Positions 42,619-52,819 of a DNA stretch of 64,000 bases are shown here, piece after piece. The stretch comes from a phage: the sequence record PZ445524.1; one strand, given 5' to 3'. The notes below the pieces were generated by a model that was given only the letters and a program-made list of their open reading frames with translations, was not told where the DNA came from and did not search any database. How positions within the stretch are numbered: the stretch's first letter is position 1; each line of letters begins with the position of its first letter. The position numbers were made by a program, and so were the translations under genes.

Positions 42619-43417
42619 TATACACCTCATAGAACTTTTCATCAGGAATCCAACCGCGTTTAAATTCATTAAATGCTCGGCCGAATAATTTTGAATTCAC
42701 AGTTATATTATTAACTGATTTCCATTTAGCAACTCCCGTTCGTTTATAATGATCGGGGTCATATTTCGTGACGTACCATTCATATAAATTTGGTATTAAT
42801 TTTACAGCCTCTGGATTTGTCGCTGATTTATTATACCATGGTTTCGCTTTTTCAAGTTCAGCTGCTTTTGCAGTAGCAGCAACAGTATTTCCAATACCAA
42901 CTAATTTTTCAGCTTTAATGCGTGGATCATTAACATGAAGACGAAAAACTTCGCCTTTTTCATTTTTAAAGCATGTCATGCCTTTAATTCCAGGAAGCTT
43001 AACACCTTTATTAACACCGCACCATTCCTTTGGGTTAAATGATCCTTTAATTAATAAGGCGCATTTACCCGATTTAATACTTCTCATTAAAACTTTATCT
43101 TTCATAAAGTTTTTTGACCATTCAGATACTGCTCTTTGATGGTAAATTCTAGCAATTTCATATAATTTACTAGAACGTAAATATTTTTCAGTGTTTAACA
43201 TTCTATTCATCGCATATGCCATTTCACGATTACGATGAATTTTATATAGTAGAAAATGTGCTAAAAAGTGTTCACGAAAAGTCAGTTTCACCAAATTTTC
43301 TTTATCATCAGAACCTCCCATTGATCTTGGAAGGATATGATGAATTTCACCCTTAAATTTAGAAACGCGGGTTTTACCCCGCACTATTAAGTCATTATAG
43401 ATTTTTTCGTAATTCAC
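42599..43417 (-). CDS. mobA: HNH homing-endonuclease-like protein (Mob family) between genes 39 and 60
   Basis: 272 aa; HNH motif EIHHILPRSMGGSDDKENLVKLTFREH; no ATG near N-terminus (GTG start), overlaps gene 39 end and gene 60 start. Confidence 0.65.
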   Translation of the reverse strand: MNYEKIYNDLIVRGKTRVSKFKGEIHHILPRSMGGSDDKENLVKLTFREHFLAHFLLYKIHRNREMAYAMNRMLNTEKYLRSSKLYEIARIYHQRAVSEWSKNFMKDKVLMRSIKSGKCALLIKGSFNPKEWCGVNKGVKLPGIKGMTCFKNEKGEVFRLHVNDPRIKAEKLVGIGNTVAATAKAAELEKAKPWYNKSATNPEAVKLIPNLYEWYVTKYDPDHYKRTGVAKWKSVNNITVNSKLFGRAFNEFKRGWIPDEKFYEVYNEICKN

Positions 43418-44945
43418 CTACTGTTATCCATTTACCATTAATCTGTACTTCATCATTTTCATTTACGATAATTGTATCGCCATTTAGTTCGAAAGTAAAC
43501 CACTCGCCATCTTCTTTTTCTTCAAACGCCTTTTCACCAAGAACTAGACCAGTGATTGCGCAAATATCAAATAGTTCTTTGTTTTTAAGCATATCGGCAT
43601 ATGACATACCCCAGCTATTAAGAACTTTACCGCGCAATGGATAACCACCATGAAGTTCTTTATCGCGAACATCAATAAGATATCCGATAGCAGAATCACC
43701 CTCAGTCAAGAAAAGAGTAGTGTCAGCATCTTTACCGCAAAGATTCGCTTTGATATGTTTATGAACCTTAGCTTTAGAAGCCTTTTTAGCTGCTTTAGTT
43801 TCTGCTGCTTTTTCTGCCGCCAATTTACGAGCCAAAGCAGCTTCAATAATCGGCATCAGAATTGCTTCATTATTTAGAATAGCGCGTGAAATCTTTTTAG
43901 CATCAAGCTGAATATGACTACGAATTTCACCAAATGGAGAAGTCAAACGCTCTTTAGTTTGAGAATCAAATCGCATGTTTTTCATATCACGAACAAACAT
44001 AACGATAGTCAAACATTCTTTAACACGTGCTTTAGTTACATCAATTTTGAACTTACGTTTGATTTGTGGAATAAGGTCTTCACAAATATCATCCATAACA
44101 CAGTCAATGTGATGGCCACCATTCTTAGTGTGGATGTTATTCACATAAGTTAATTGACGAAATCCATCCGGTGAACGACCAACCGCAATAGAACAATTTT
44201 CTTGTTCTTGAACAATAGCATGTTCATCATACTGCCGTGCATATTTCTTAAAATTGCCCTGAACCTTTTTACCATTAAAGGTAAATTGGATATCAGGATA
44301 AACAACAGCAAGTGTCTGGAGACGATCTAGTGTAATGTCAAGATAAACTTGGGACAGCTCATTAGTTTCAAATGACATAAAATCAGGAATGAAAGTAACA
44401 CGAGTTCCTTTCCATTTTCCAGGAATATCTTCCCATGATTTATTTTCCATGCCATTTGAACAACGAACTACAATATTATTTTGACCATCGCCAGTTTCAC
44501 CAACAAACATCACAGAAAAAATGTTTGTCAAACTAGAACCAACACCATTCATACCGCCAGTGACGCGTTCTTTATCATCACCAAAGTTACCACCTGCTTT
44601 TGGAATAGTCCATGCAGCAACAGGACCAGGAATTTCTTCACCGGTAGGTGTTTTAACCATCGCTTGTGGAATACCACGACCGTTATCTTCAACTGTTACT
44701 TGATTGTTTTTAATAGTAACATTAATTTTATTTGCGAATTTAAACTTAGTACGAATACCTTCATCTACTGAGTTATCGATAATTTCATCAATAAGCTTAA
44801 CAAGACCAGGTACATACTGAACACTTTCCCATTTACCAAACAGAAAGCGCTCATGCATTTCATTAGCAGAAGAGCCAATATACATGCCGCTACGCTTTTT
44901 GATATGTTCAATATCGCTCAGAATTTTAATTTCATTCTTAATCAT
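43395..44945 (-). CDS. 39: DNA topoisomerase II large subunit gp39 (GyrB-like ATPase)
   Basis: 516 aa from ATG 44943-44945 with GAGGA SD; ATPase motifs GLVKLIDEIIDNSVDE and GRGIP. Confidence 0.92.
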   Translation of the reverse strand: MIKNEIKILSDIEHIKKRSGMYIGSSANEMHERFLFGKWESVQYVPGLVKLIDEIIDNSVDEGIRTKFKFANKINVTIKNNQVTVEDNGRGIPQAMVKTPTGEEIPGPVAAWTIPKAGGNFGDDKERVTGGMNGVGSSLTNIFSVMFVGETGDGQNNIVVRCSNGMENKSWEDIPGKWKGTRVTFIPDFMSFETNELSQVYLDITLDRLQTLAVVYPDIQFTFNGKKVQGNFKKYARQYDEHAIVQEQENCSIAVGRSPDGFRQLTYVNNIHTKNGGHHIDCVMDDICEDLIPQIKRKFKIDVTKARVKECLTIVMFVRDMKNMRFDSQTKERLTSPFGEIRSHIQLDAKKISRAILNNEAILMPIIEAALARKLAAEKAAETKAAKKASKAKVHKHIKANLCGKDADTTLFLTEGDSAIGYLIDVRDKELHGGYPLRGKVLNSWGMSYADMLKNKELFDICAITGLVLGEKAFEEKEDGEWFTFELNGDTIIVNENDEVQINGKWITVGELRKNL

Positions 44946-45014
44946 CACTTATCCTCGTTTGGTTTCGGGAATATTATACTCCAATAATCATAAAGCTAAA
45001 GGCCCGAAGGCCTT

Positions 45015-45275
45015 TTATTTAAAACGAATAGTCGAATCCTTGAAGAATAGTCCAGAACATACTGTTCCTTCTACTTTCTGCCCAGTAGGTCCAATAGCAC
45101 GAAATCCAGTATGCTGGAAATCATTTTCAGAGCAACCGAACCAATTATATCCAGTGATTTCAATATTAGTAAAACCACTTGAAGACAAAACTTTGGTTGC
45201 ATTATCAGCATCAGTACATCCTATTAAAGACACTGCTAATACTAATGCTGCAATAGAACGATTAATATATTTCAT
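45015..45275 (-). CDS. putative lipoprotein (86 aa)
   Basis: Signal peptide with lipobox SLIGC. Confidence 0.5.
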   Translation of the reverse strand: MKYINRSIAALVLAVSLIGCTDADNATKVLSSSGFTNIEITGYNWFGCSENDFQHTGFRAIGPTGQKVEGTVCSGLFFKDSTIRFK

Positions 45276-45280
45276 AATTT

Positions 45281-45652
45281 TCACTTAAATTTAATGGCTT
45301 GAAGAAGACTAATAACTCTCAAGCGGCTTCTTTCATCTTTAACTGTAAAAGAAAGAGGGTCACCAGATTTCATAGTGATAGTGCATCCAAAATCAAAATT
45401 TTCGGGAACTTCTTCGAAGAAGTCAAATTCTTCAGCATAAATTAGAACATTACTCTGCATACTGTGAAGAATTTTTCCATTATTTCCAGACGCTGTACTA
45501 ATCATCGTAACATTATGACCTTTCATATCTTCAACGATAAATTCGCTTGTAGATATTACAGCATTAATAGAACCATTCCTATAAATAGCAGACATTAGAT
45601 ATTTCTTTTCTTCGCCTTCGCGAATACGATATTTCTTACCGATTTTAAACAT
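45281..45652 (-). CDS. hypothetical protein (123 aa)
   Basis: ATG 45650-45652 just after the upstream stop. Confidence 0.5.
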   Translation of the reverse strand: MFKIGKKYRIREGEEKKYLMSAIYRNGSINAVISTSEFIVEDMKGHNVTMISTASGNNGKILHSMQSNVLIYAEEFDFFEEVPENFDFGCTITMKSGDPLSFTVKDERSRLRVISLLQAIKFK

Positions 45653-45654
45653 AA

Positions 45655-45831
45655 TCACCCTTTAAGTAAGTCGTAAAAACCACCATTCACATGCTTAGGA
45701 GCAGAAGGCCGACGAGTAGACAAACGATGACATTTAGGGCAAACATCATTTTCTCGTTCAGAAATCTTTTTAATTTTTTCATATTCATGCCCGCAGTCTT
45801 CAGATTGGCATTTATAATCATACATTGGCAT
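45655..45831 (-). CDS. small zinc-ribbon protein (58 aa)
   Basis: Hand-translated MPMYDYKCQSEDCGHEYEK...DVCPKCHRL; two CxxC pairs. Confidence 0.45.
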   Translation of the reverse strand: MPMYDYKCQSEDCGHEYEKIKKISERENDVCPKCHRLSTRRPSAPKHVNGGFYDLLKG

Positions 45832-45833
45832 AA

Positions 45834-46253
45834 TTATTCCTTAAAATGAGCTTTCAGCATCTGATACAAAGACCATGCCTGTTCATTATTTTCAATAGTA
45901 ACTTTCATTACCGGGAATTCTGTGAAATCTTCTATTTGTTCTTGCTCTTCCTGCTCTTGTTCTTCAGCAGCCTGATATGGATTTTCAACTTCGTCAAAGA
46001 ACCCAGCTTCGTTAGTAGAGAGCCAGATAAAGTTTTCGTCAAGGATATCACCGCCGGCACAACGTTTGAGTACACCTATGGATGTCATAATTTTAGTAGG
46101 ACGCCCAAGATAATCAGCATCTAAAATTTTAAAAGGCTCCATACCTAAACGTCGTGCATAGATTCCGTTATCAGTATGGTCTTTAATAAAATTTTCTTGA
46201 GCTTGTTTATTTTTAAATTGATACCATTTATTAACTTCAAATTTAATAGCCAT
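45834..46253 (-). CDS. hypothetical acidic protein (139 aa)
   Basis: [10 protein letters not shown] acidic tract; position of T4 goF, identity not verified. Confidence 0.55.
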   Translation of the reverse strand: MAIKFEVNKWYQFKNKQAQENFIKDHTDNGIYARRLGMEPFKILDADYLGRPTKIMTSIGVLKRCAGGDILDENFIWLSTNEAGFFDEVENPYQAAEEQEQEEQEQIEDFTEFPVMKVTIENNEQAWSLYQMLKAHFKE

Positions 46254-46468
46254 TAATAAATTTCCTTCCAGTAAGTTGTGCCGTCTTCAGTAATTTCACG
46301 AAATACACCGTAAATTGGCTGTTTATCACCGACTTTCTCATACACATAAACAGAAGTCAAGTGAGTAAACTTGCTAGTATGTTCCTTTTGAACTACTACC
46401 AAATTTGGATCAAATAATACATCTTCAAATTCGTCATTAGTGCAATTCTGAACAATTTTACGTTTCAT
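46253..46468 (-). CDS. hypothetical protein (71 aa)
   Basis: 1-nt stop/start overlap; position and size fit T4 cef, not verified. Confidence 0.5.
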   Translation of the reverse strand: MKRKIVQNCTNDEFEDVLFDPNLVVVQKEHTSKFTHLTSVYVYEKVGDKQPIYGVFREITEDGTTYWKEIY

Positions 46469-46481
46469 TATAATTTCCTCA

Positions 46482-46751
46482 TTAATTGAACATTGGAGCG
46501 ATACGTTTCAGAAGAGTAGCAGCACCTTTGGCGAATTTTACATCATGAAAAACAGTTTCTTCTTCCGTTACAACACGAACTTTAATGTTTTCACAATCCC
46601 AATTTTTACGAACAATCTTCAAAAGCTGCAGTAAATCTTTACATTCAGCAATATCGATAACACATCCACGAGAATCTTCCATTATCGCACGATAACCGTA
46701 AGCCATACCATAATCGTTGAAAGATTGCTCGATGATAATTAAGTTTTCCAT
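46482..46751 (-). CDS. hypothetical protein (89 aa)
   Basis: ATG 46749-46751 with GGAG SD. Confidence 0.5.
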   Translation of the reverse strand: MENLIIIEQSFNDYGMAYGYRAIMEDSRGCVIDIAECKDLLQLLKIVRKNWDCENIKVRVVTEEETVFHDVKFAKGAATLLKRIAPMFN

Positions 46752-46848
46752 TTTATTCTCCAAGTTGTTTTCTGTATCAGTAGTTGATATTGATATAGTA
46801 CCATAATCAACTACTGATGTATATAGTTTTATGAAAAAATTTTAAACT

Positions 46849-47346
46849 TTATGCACAGCGAGCTTTGCTATAGTGTTTAATCCAACTTTCAGGAATGACT
46901 TTGTATGTTCCTAAAAATACCGCGTTGTACAGCTTAACACCATCTTCTACCCACTGATCGGTAATGTATGCGCACATAGCACGAGTACGGTGTTTTTGAA
47001 CAACCCCTTCCTCATCTTCAGTAAATTCGAATTCATAAGGAGCAACGAACTTGATAGCTTGACCGAGTTTCCACTTAAAGTCTACACCTACATGCGAAGT
47101 ATCAATCGTTTCAATTCCTTTAGCAGGAACAGCTTTCAAAAACGCAGATTCAAGAAATTTCGCGCGAACATAACCAAACTGAGGTTTAGACTTTCCATCT
47201 TTAGGAATGATACGCACTTTTACTTCAGAATCTTCATCTTTAACGCCGTGTTTAAGCTGAATGCTTACAATTTCGACCAATTTTCCTGCTGCTTTAGAAC
47301 GGGATTTATCAGATACACGAGCAATTTCACCAATATTAATAATCAT
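46849..47346 (-). CDS. hypothetical protein (165 aa), MotB-like by position; paralog of 47423..47965
   Basis: C-terminal block YITDQWVEDGVKLYNAVFLGTYKVIP shared with the next ORF. Confidence 0.5.
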   Translation of the reverse strand: MIINIGEIARVSDKSRSKAAGKLVEIVSIQLKHGVKDEDSEVKVRIIPKDGKSKPQFGYVRAKFLESAFLKAVPAKGIETIDTSHVGVDFKWKLGQAIKFVAPYEFEFTEDEEGVVQKHRTRAMCAYITDQWVEDGVKLYNAVFLGTYKVIPESWIKHYSKARCA

Positions 47347-47422
47347 AGTTATCTCTCACTTGTTAAAAAGATTTTATACTCCGCGGGACCATTATACTCT
47401 GGTCCCAAGAGTTTGTAAACTA

Positions 47423-47965
47423 TTAATTTAAAATAGCTACCACCGCACTACGAGGTACTACGCTAAAATCACCTGCATGAACAACGTTCAGAAGTTCAAC
47501 ACCATCTTCAATCCATTGGTCTGTTACCCAACCACAGACCGAAATAAATGGGGTCTTAATAGCTACTGCATGAGTCAAAAGGTCAGTAGGATCAACTTCT
47601 TTGAAGAGGATAAGCTCTGCTTCAAAGACTATAGTTTTAATTACTTCATCATTATCTAAGCGATGTGCTCGAATCACGTAAGCTTTATTCTTATCATACC
47701 AGTTACTTTTTGAAAAGCTTTTAACCACAAACTCGCCTTCACCAAAAGCATTAGTCAATGCTTTATAACCCAAATTTAGTTCAGTAGTTTTAATTTCAGT
47801 TTCAACCAGTTTGTAGGTTTTGCCAATTTCGATGGTCCGAGCAGTCATAAATGTTTCCTTAATTTCTAATGGTTTAACAAGAGTGCCGTACATGCTTGCT
47901 ATATCCATATCAAACGGTTTATCTACAGGATTCGGTGTGTATTCAGGATTATAATTAAATTTCAT
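47423..47965 (-). CDS. hypothetical protein (180 aa), paralog of 46849..47346
   Basis: C-terminal block WVTDQWIEDGVELLNVVHAGDFSVVP. Confidence 0.55.
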   Translation of the reverse strand: MKFNYNPEYTPNPVDKPFDMDIASMYGTLVKPLEIKETFMTARTIEIGKTYKLVETEIKTTELNLGYKALTNAFGEGEFVVKSFSKSNWYDKNKAYVIRAHRLDNDEVIKTIVFEAELILFKEVDPTDLLTHAVAIKTPFISVCGWVTDQWIEDGVELLNVVHAGDFSVVPRSAVVAILN

Positions 47966-47967
47966 AA

Positions 47968-48468
47968 TTATCTCATTTCAATAAAATCTACGAGTTCAGC
48001 ATGCGATTTGCGGAACATTACTTGATGCCCACCAATGATAACTTCATCTTCAGGAACTTCGTATACAGCGAGATAAAATCCTTTAGAAGATAATTCTTCC
48101 CGCTCTTCTCGTGTGAACCATCTCATCATATCATACTCACTAGCGAAAGCAAAATGATAAAGAGCTATAAACCATCCTGGAATATGATATTCTACTCCAA
48201 CATAATCTTTCTTGAACTTAGTATTAATTACTATATTAGCGTTTTTAACTAATAGTTTATCTTCGTGTGGTAAAGGAATTCTTTTATTATTATCGCTATG
48301 ATGCATAAAATTAGGTCTGTCATAACCTACGTGTAATAGCCACTCTTCGCTCCATGAATCTATTATACTCCTGTACGGCGTTATTTGAACACAAAGATTT
48401 CGACGTATTGTTATAGCGTCTTCATAATCAAGAATACTAAACGATGATTCAACACGATAAATTTTCAT
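47968..48468 (-). CDS. hypothetical protein (166 aa)
   Basis: ATG 48466-48468; early promoter upstream. Confidence 0.55.
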   Translation of the reverse strand: MKIYRVESSFSILDYEDAITIRRNLCVQITPYRSIIDSWSEEWLLHVGYDRPNFMHHSDNNKRIPLPHEDKLLVKNANIVINTKFKKDYVGVEYHIPGWFIALYHFAFASEYDMMRWFTREEREELSSKGFYLAVYEVPEDEVIIGGHQVMFRKSHAELVDFIEMR

Positions 48469-48494
48469 TTTTATTATCCTCAGTAGCTATGGTG

Positions 48495-48526
48495 TTATAA
48501 TACCATAACTAACCGAGGAAGTAAAC
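48495..48526 (-). promoter_or_regulatory. early promoter
   Basis: - strand GTTTAC ... TATTAT upstream of ORF 47968..48468. Confidence 0.5.
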
Positions 48527-48532
48527 AACTTT

Positions 48533-49216
48533 TTATCGTTTTGTTGGAAGAGATAGAGGATCGCATTCTTCCTCTGATGGAGCGTCTTCAAGACCCATAG
48601 CATACCGCAAAGCATACTTCATCATCAGGATGTCTTTCGCACAGTCATGAATAGAATCATGTGCAACAAATCCATCTAAAGTTCCCTTTGGAAGGGGGCA
48701 TGTGGTCATATCACGAACAAGGAGAAGTGCTTCAATTCTGGTACGAATATCACGCTGATTCCAGAATTTACATGGTTCTAACTTAAATGTGTCAAGTTCA
48801 TTCTCAGAAACACCATTAAGACGTTGAATATCACGAATGAGATCGACTAAAATTGGAAAATCAAACGACATTCCACGGCACCAGCCTTGAGATTTCCAAG
48901 GATCGATATTATGCGCATTGATGTAATCATTAAATTTTGCAATACCATCGATGGTGCTTACATCTTCATCTGATGGTGCAATATTTTTTCGAGCTTCAGG
49001 AGACTGATTTTTCCACCATTCGATAGTGCTTTTAGTAAAAAGACGATGTCCTTTTTGGCTTTTTAAATCAAATTTGATTTTAATGCCGCGTGAAACTAAT
49101 TCATCAAATGTTTCAACTACTTCTGGGTTAGGGTCAAAAGCAATTACAGCTAAATCAATAACAGCTGCTTTTTCACCACTTCCCATTGTTTCAAAATCTA
49201 TAATAAAATCAAACAT
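48533..49216 (-). CDS. dexA: exonuclease A (DnaQ-like 3'-5' exonuclease)
   Basis: 227 aa; Exo I-like motif FDFIIDFETMG. Confidence 0.8.
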   Translation of the reverse strand: MFDFIIDFETMGSGEKAAVIDLAVIAFDPNPEVVETFDELVSRGIKIKFDLKSQKGHRLFTKSTIEWWKNQSPEARKNIAPSDEDVSTIDGIAKFNDYINAHNIDPWKSQGWCRGMSFDFPILVDLIRDIQRLNGVSENELDTFKLEPCKFWNQRDIRTRIEALLLVRDMTTCPLPKGTLDGFVAHDSIHDCAKDILMMKYALRYAMGLEDAPSEEECDPLSLPTKR

Positions 49217-49458
49217 TAAATTTTCCTTGCTAAATCGCGAATTTGACCTACAGTATAGTCTTGAATATAAACTTTATTAATAGGTTCATCAATAAATTTT
49301 GCCATAGATTCAATATCTTTTTGCATCTCTTCAAGACTGTATATTATCTTTAAAGCTTTTTCGCGAATAGTAATATTTTCAGGACCAGAATTTTTCTCAA
49401 TGACAGCTTTAACATTTGTCATAAGAGATTTAAACTGACACCAACTTAATTCAATCAT
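49216..49458 (-). CDS. hypothetical protein (about 80 aa)
   Basis: Internal ATG 49456-49458 chosen; ORF-track start is GTG. Confidence 0.45.
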   Translation of the reverse strand: MIELSWCQFKSLMTNVKAVIEKNSGPENITIREKALKIIYSLEEMQKDIESMAKFIDEPINKVYIQDYTVGQIRDLARKI

Positions 49459-49696
49459 TAATAACCGCCTTATAAAGATGGCTAATTTCACCTAAAATGT
49501 AATCACTGATTGTAACAGTTTTTACTTCACCACAAAAGAATTCTAACGCAATCAAATCTCGTTCAATTTCTTCCAATTGAAGCATTAACTTGCCTGATTC
49601 AGTTTTCACATTTTTGCGATTTTTGCTATAAGCTATTTCATAAATTTCGCTTACTTTATCTTGAAGAAGATAAAACTGATCTTTAGTTATTTCCAC
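49451..49696 (-). CDS. hypothetical protein (about 81 aa)
   Basis: GTG start with GAGGAAG SD. Confidence 0.45.
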   Translation of the reverse strand: MEITKDQFYLLQDKVSEIYEIAYSKNRKNVKTESGKLMLQLEEIERDLIALEFFCGEVKTVTISDYILGEISHLYKAVIND

Positions 49697-49717
49697 GAAT
49701 AGCTTCCTCAAATTTAA

Positions 49718-51037
49718 TCATACATAAAATACATCATAACGACCACGGGTAACACCAACATAAAGAAGTTGTTGGGCCAATTCAGCATCTGCATAATGAA
49801 TACAAGGCGTATAAATGAAAGCACGGTCTACAGACATACCCTGAGCTTTATGGAATGTTGATGCAGGAAGTGCTTTCACTTTACTGAACTGTGATTTAGC
49901 ATCCCAAAAATCACTCCACGGAGCTTTTCCGCCTTTGTTCCAATTTTTATAAGTTTCTGCCGTTTTACCTAAAAATAAATTAAACTTATATAGCTCTTCA
50001 TCAGATGAAATTATTTTAATCTTTTCACGATAATATTCATCATCGCCGTAAGTTTCTACTGTTAAATCCCAATGACGAATTAAGTATTCTCCAGAAACAC
50101 CACGAGCTTTAACAAAGGTTGATGTATACTCTGCTTCTATAATACGAACTAATTGTCCGTTATTAAAAATAATTTCTGACACAGGCTTTCCATCAATTTT
50201 ATATGTTTTAATTAATGGTTCCTGCATTACAATAATTTCACCGACAATAAAATCTTTATCAGTTTCAAAAATCTTTTTACGAATAATGCTATTTAACTTG
50301 TCAACAGATTTATTCGTAAATGCCATTACACGATTTTCAAACAAATCATCTAGTGATTTGACGATTGAAAAATAATTTACCATAAAATCGCGTAAAGCGG
50401 TATCACCAGTAAATCCACGTACTCCATGCCCGTCAACAACTTTATCATAAATCCACTTACCGTTACGAACGTCAGTAGCTACATCAATAATAGGAGCATT
50501 ACTGCGTTTAACTTCAGTGAGTTCACACTGATAAAAATCTTTATGTGTAAAGAATGGACTGATATAAGCAGTATTTTCTCCTGGGTCAACAGGTCTAATT
50601 TGCTTATTATCACCTATTCCAATTATGGTACACCAAGGTGGAATAGTTGAAAGCAGAATTTTAAATAGCTTTCTATCATACATTGACACTTCGTCGCAGA
50701 TTAATACCCTGCATTTAGCTAAATCTGGTACTTCCTTCTGCTCGAAGAGGACATTTTCTTCATATGTTACCGGGTTAATTTTAAGAATGCTATGAATAGT
50801 ACTTGCTTCTTTCCCTGATAGTTTTGAAAGAATCTTTTTAGCTGCATGAGTAGGAGCTGCTAAAATAATACCAGTTTCACCCGTAGATATTAAAGCTTCA
50901 ATGATGAACTTAGTAAGAGTAGTCTTACCAGTACCAGCAGGTCCATTAATAGTTACATGATGTTTCTTTTCTTTAATAGCCTTCATAACAATGTTAAAGG
51001 CATTTTTTTGACCTTCGGTCAAATCATCAAATGTCAT
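49718..51037 (-). CDS. dda: Dda DNA helicase (SF1B)
   Basis: 439 aa; Walker A GPAGTGKTT, Walker B LICDEVSM. Confidence 0.92.
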   Translation of the reverse strand: MTFDDLTEGQKNAFNIVMKAIKEKKHHVTINGPAGTGKTTLTKFIIEALISTGETGIILAAPTHAAKKILSKLSGKEASTIHSILKINPVTYEENVLFEQKEVPDLAKCRVLICDEVSMYDRKLFKILLSTIPPWCTIIGIGDNKQIRPVDPGENTAYISPFFTHKDFYQCELTEVKRSNAPIIDVATDVRNGKWIYDKVVDGHGVRGFTGDTALRDFMVNYFSIVKSLDDLFENRVMAFTNKSVDKLNSIIRKKIFETDKDFIVGEIIVMQEPLIKTYKIDGKPVSEIIFNNGQLVRIIEAEYTSTFVKARGVSGEYLIRHWDLTVETYGDDEYYREKIKIISSDEELYKFNLFLGKTAETYKNWNKGGKAPWSDFWDAKSQFSKVKALPASTFHKAQGMSVDRAFIYTPCIHYADAELAQQLLYVGVTRGRYDVFYV

Positions 51038-51345
51038 CGTAAATTCCCTGCAATTGGTATACTAACAATACGCCCAGTATCTAAAATTCGCCGATATAAT
51101 CTTTGTGTGTCTACATCAGGCTTAACATGTTTAACTTCTATTTTATTAAACCAAAACTTGCGTGGAGTCTCAACTAGTCTTGGAATTCCCATACCTAAAG
51201 CTAGTTTATATTGCTCTTTAAGAGTAGTAAATACTTTATCAGCAATCTCCCTTTCAAAAAATACAGCAGGACGATGTTCATCAAGTGGAACTGGCGCCGT
51301 AAATCCGTCTTTGTCTCGGTAAACTATCGCATATACATAAACCAT
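51034..51345 (-). CDS. hypothetical protein (103 aa)
   Basis: ATG with GAGGATAA SD; ATGA overlap with dda. Confidence 0.55.
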   Translation of the reverse strand: MVYVYAIVYRDKDGFTAPVPLDEHRPAVFFEREIADKVFTTLKEQYKLALGMGIPRLVETPRKFWFNKIEVKHVKPDVDTQRLYRRILDTGRIVSIPIAGNLR

Positions 51346-51346
51346 A

Positions 51347-52093
51347 TTATCCTCGGATAAGTTTAAAAATTGAACAATTTAGCGGATATCCTCTTTTCAG
51401 TTTAAGTTTATCAATAAAAGACAAATTTTGATACCGCTCTACACCTTGAATAATTTTATCACACATATCATATTGCATTTCTGCTTCTGACAACTTTTTC
51501 ACAATTTTCCAATCCGAGCCTTTAAGAAGAACGTTCAGTTTAACAACTTCAGCGCCTTCTGCTATGCGAGAACCATCAATACGAGCTTTAAGTGCTATAA
51601 TTCTTAGCTTAATGTCAGAGGTCTGTTTTGATTTAGAAAGCTGAGAAATGTGTTCAATTCGGTTTTCACGTTTTTTCTGTATAGCTTTAATTTGATTATA
51701 AGTCTTTTTGATTTTAGCCCATTTCTTTTCATCTAAATTTAGTTTATGAACTTTTTTCGCAGATGAACGACCAATTCGCAAAGCAAATAAATCACGTTTT
51801 TCAATCAACTCCTCTAAAGTATAATCAGAACGAAATGTATTATACTTTTTCTTTACTGCAATAACATTCCCTTTAATGTATCCAATGTTATTATCAAAAC
51901 GTTCTAATGATAATTTCTCTCCTTCAATACGATTATCAAAAGGTTCTCCTGAGTAAGCACAAACTTTCTGATCTAAAATGTTCTTAATGTAATTGAAATC
52001 TAAGTTAAAATCTTTAGAACGTCTTTTTGCAGATGCCTGAGTATGCTCTAGACGACGTTTAATTTTACGAATTTGATTATTAGACAGCTTCAT
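51347..52093 (-). CDS. hypothetical basic protein (248 aa); position corresponds to T4 srd
   Basis: Lys/Arg-rich; early promoter upstream; identity not verified. Confidence 0.55.
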   Translation of the reverse strand: MKLSNNQIRKIKRRLEHTQASAKRRSKDFNLDFNYIKNILDQKVCAYSGEPFDNRIEGEKLSLERFDNNIGYIKGNVIAVKKKYNTFRSDYTLEELIEKRDLFALRIGRSSAKKVHKLNLDEKKWAKIKKTYNQIKAIQKKRENRIEHISQLSKSKQTSDIKLRIIALKARIDGSRIAEGAEVVKLNVLLKGSDWKIVKKLSEAEMQYDMCDKIIQGVERYQNLSFIDKLKLKRGYPLNCSIFKLIRG

Positions 52094-52124
52094 ATTTTTC
52101 TCACATCTTACGGACGGTTAACTA

Positions 52125-52159
52125 CTTATACTATAACATTTTTACCTTAACTTGTAAAC
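52125..52159 (-). promoter_or_regulatory. early promoter upstream of ORF 51347..52093
   Basis: - strand GTTTACA ... TAGTAT. Confidence 0.45.
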
Positions 52160-52216
52160 AACTTTATGTAAAAATGCTTTAAAACTTTCATGGTATAATG
52201 AATTTAAGTCCTTCCA

Positions 52217-52819
52217 TTATAGATTAAATCCTTCAAAATCAAGAGTATAGATAGTGTATGTTGAATACTTTTTGTACTCATATCTATCTGCAATTCTAAA
52301 TACACTTCCAGCTGGTATCATTACTTCTTGTTCATCTGAAACTAATTCCATATTACGATAACGATGGCTATCCGGAAACTTAAAGTTTGGATTGTATTCT
52401 TTACAACGTAGAGCTTTTATAGCATACTCCTGGAAATTGAATACCATAGGAGCTTTGAATTCAAAAATAACTTGTGTGTTATACTCTAAACCGGAAGCAA
52501 AATGTAGAGCTATATTTTTATCATATGAAGCTGATACTACTTTATCAAATTTAATAATATCAATTCCTTGATTTAATACTTGTTTAGTCTCAGCTGGAAC
52601 ACCTCTCCAAAGAGGTTTATCGTTTGGAACCAAACGAGATTTGATTATTTCATTTAACCAAGTATGATCATCTGGCTTATTAGTAATACAATGAATTAAA
52701 AGTTCAATTTCAGATAAATTAAACCCTTCAGAAAGTAATTCTTCACGAATAGAAGCACGCACCGATGCATCCATTGATTTTATTTTAAAATCTTTTAGTT
52801 GCATTACTGAGTATTTCAT
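52217..52819 (-). CDS. modA: ADP-ribosyltransferase ModA
   Basis: 200 aa; R-S-ExE pattern (LWRG, SASYD, EQEVMIP). Confidence 0.7.
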   Translation of the reverse strand: MKYSVMQLKDFKIKSMDASVRASIREELLSEGFNLSEIELLIHCITNKPDDHTWLNEIIKSRLVPNDKPLWRGVPAETKQVLNQGIDIIKFDKVVSASYDKNIALHFASGLEYNTQVIFEFKAPMVFNFQEYAIKALRCKEYNPNFKFPDSHRYRNMELVSDEQEVMIPAGSVFRIADRYEYKKYSTYTIYTLDFEGFNL

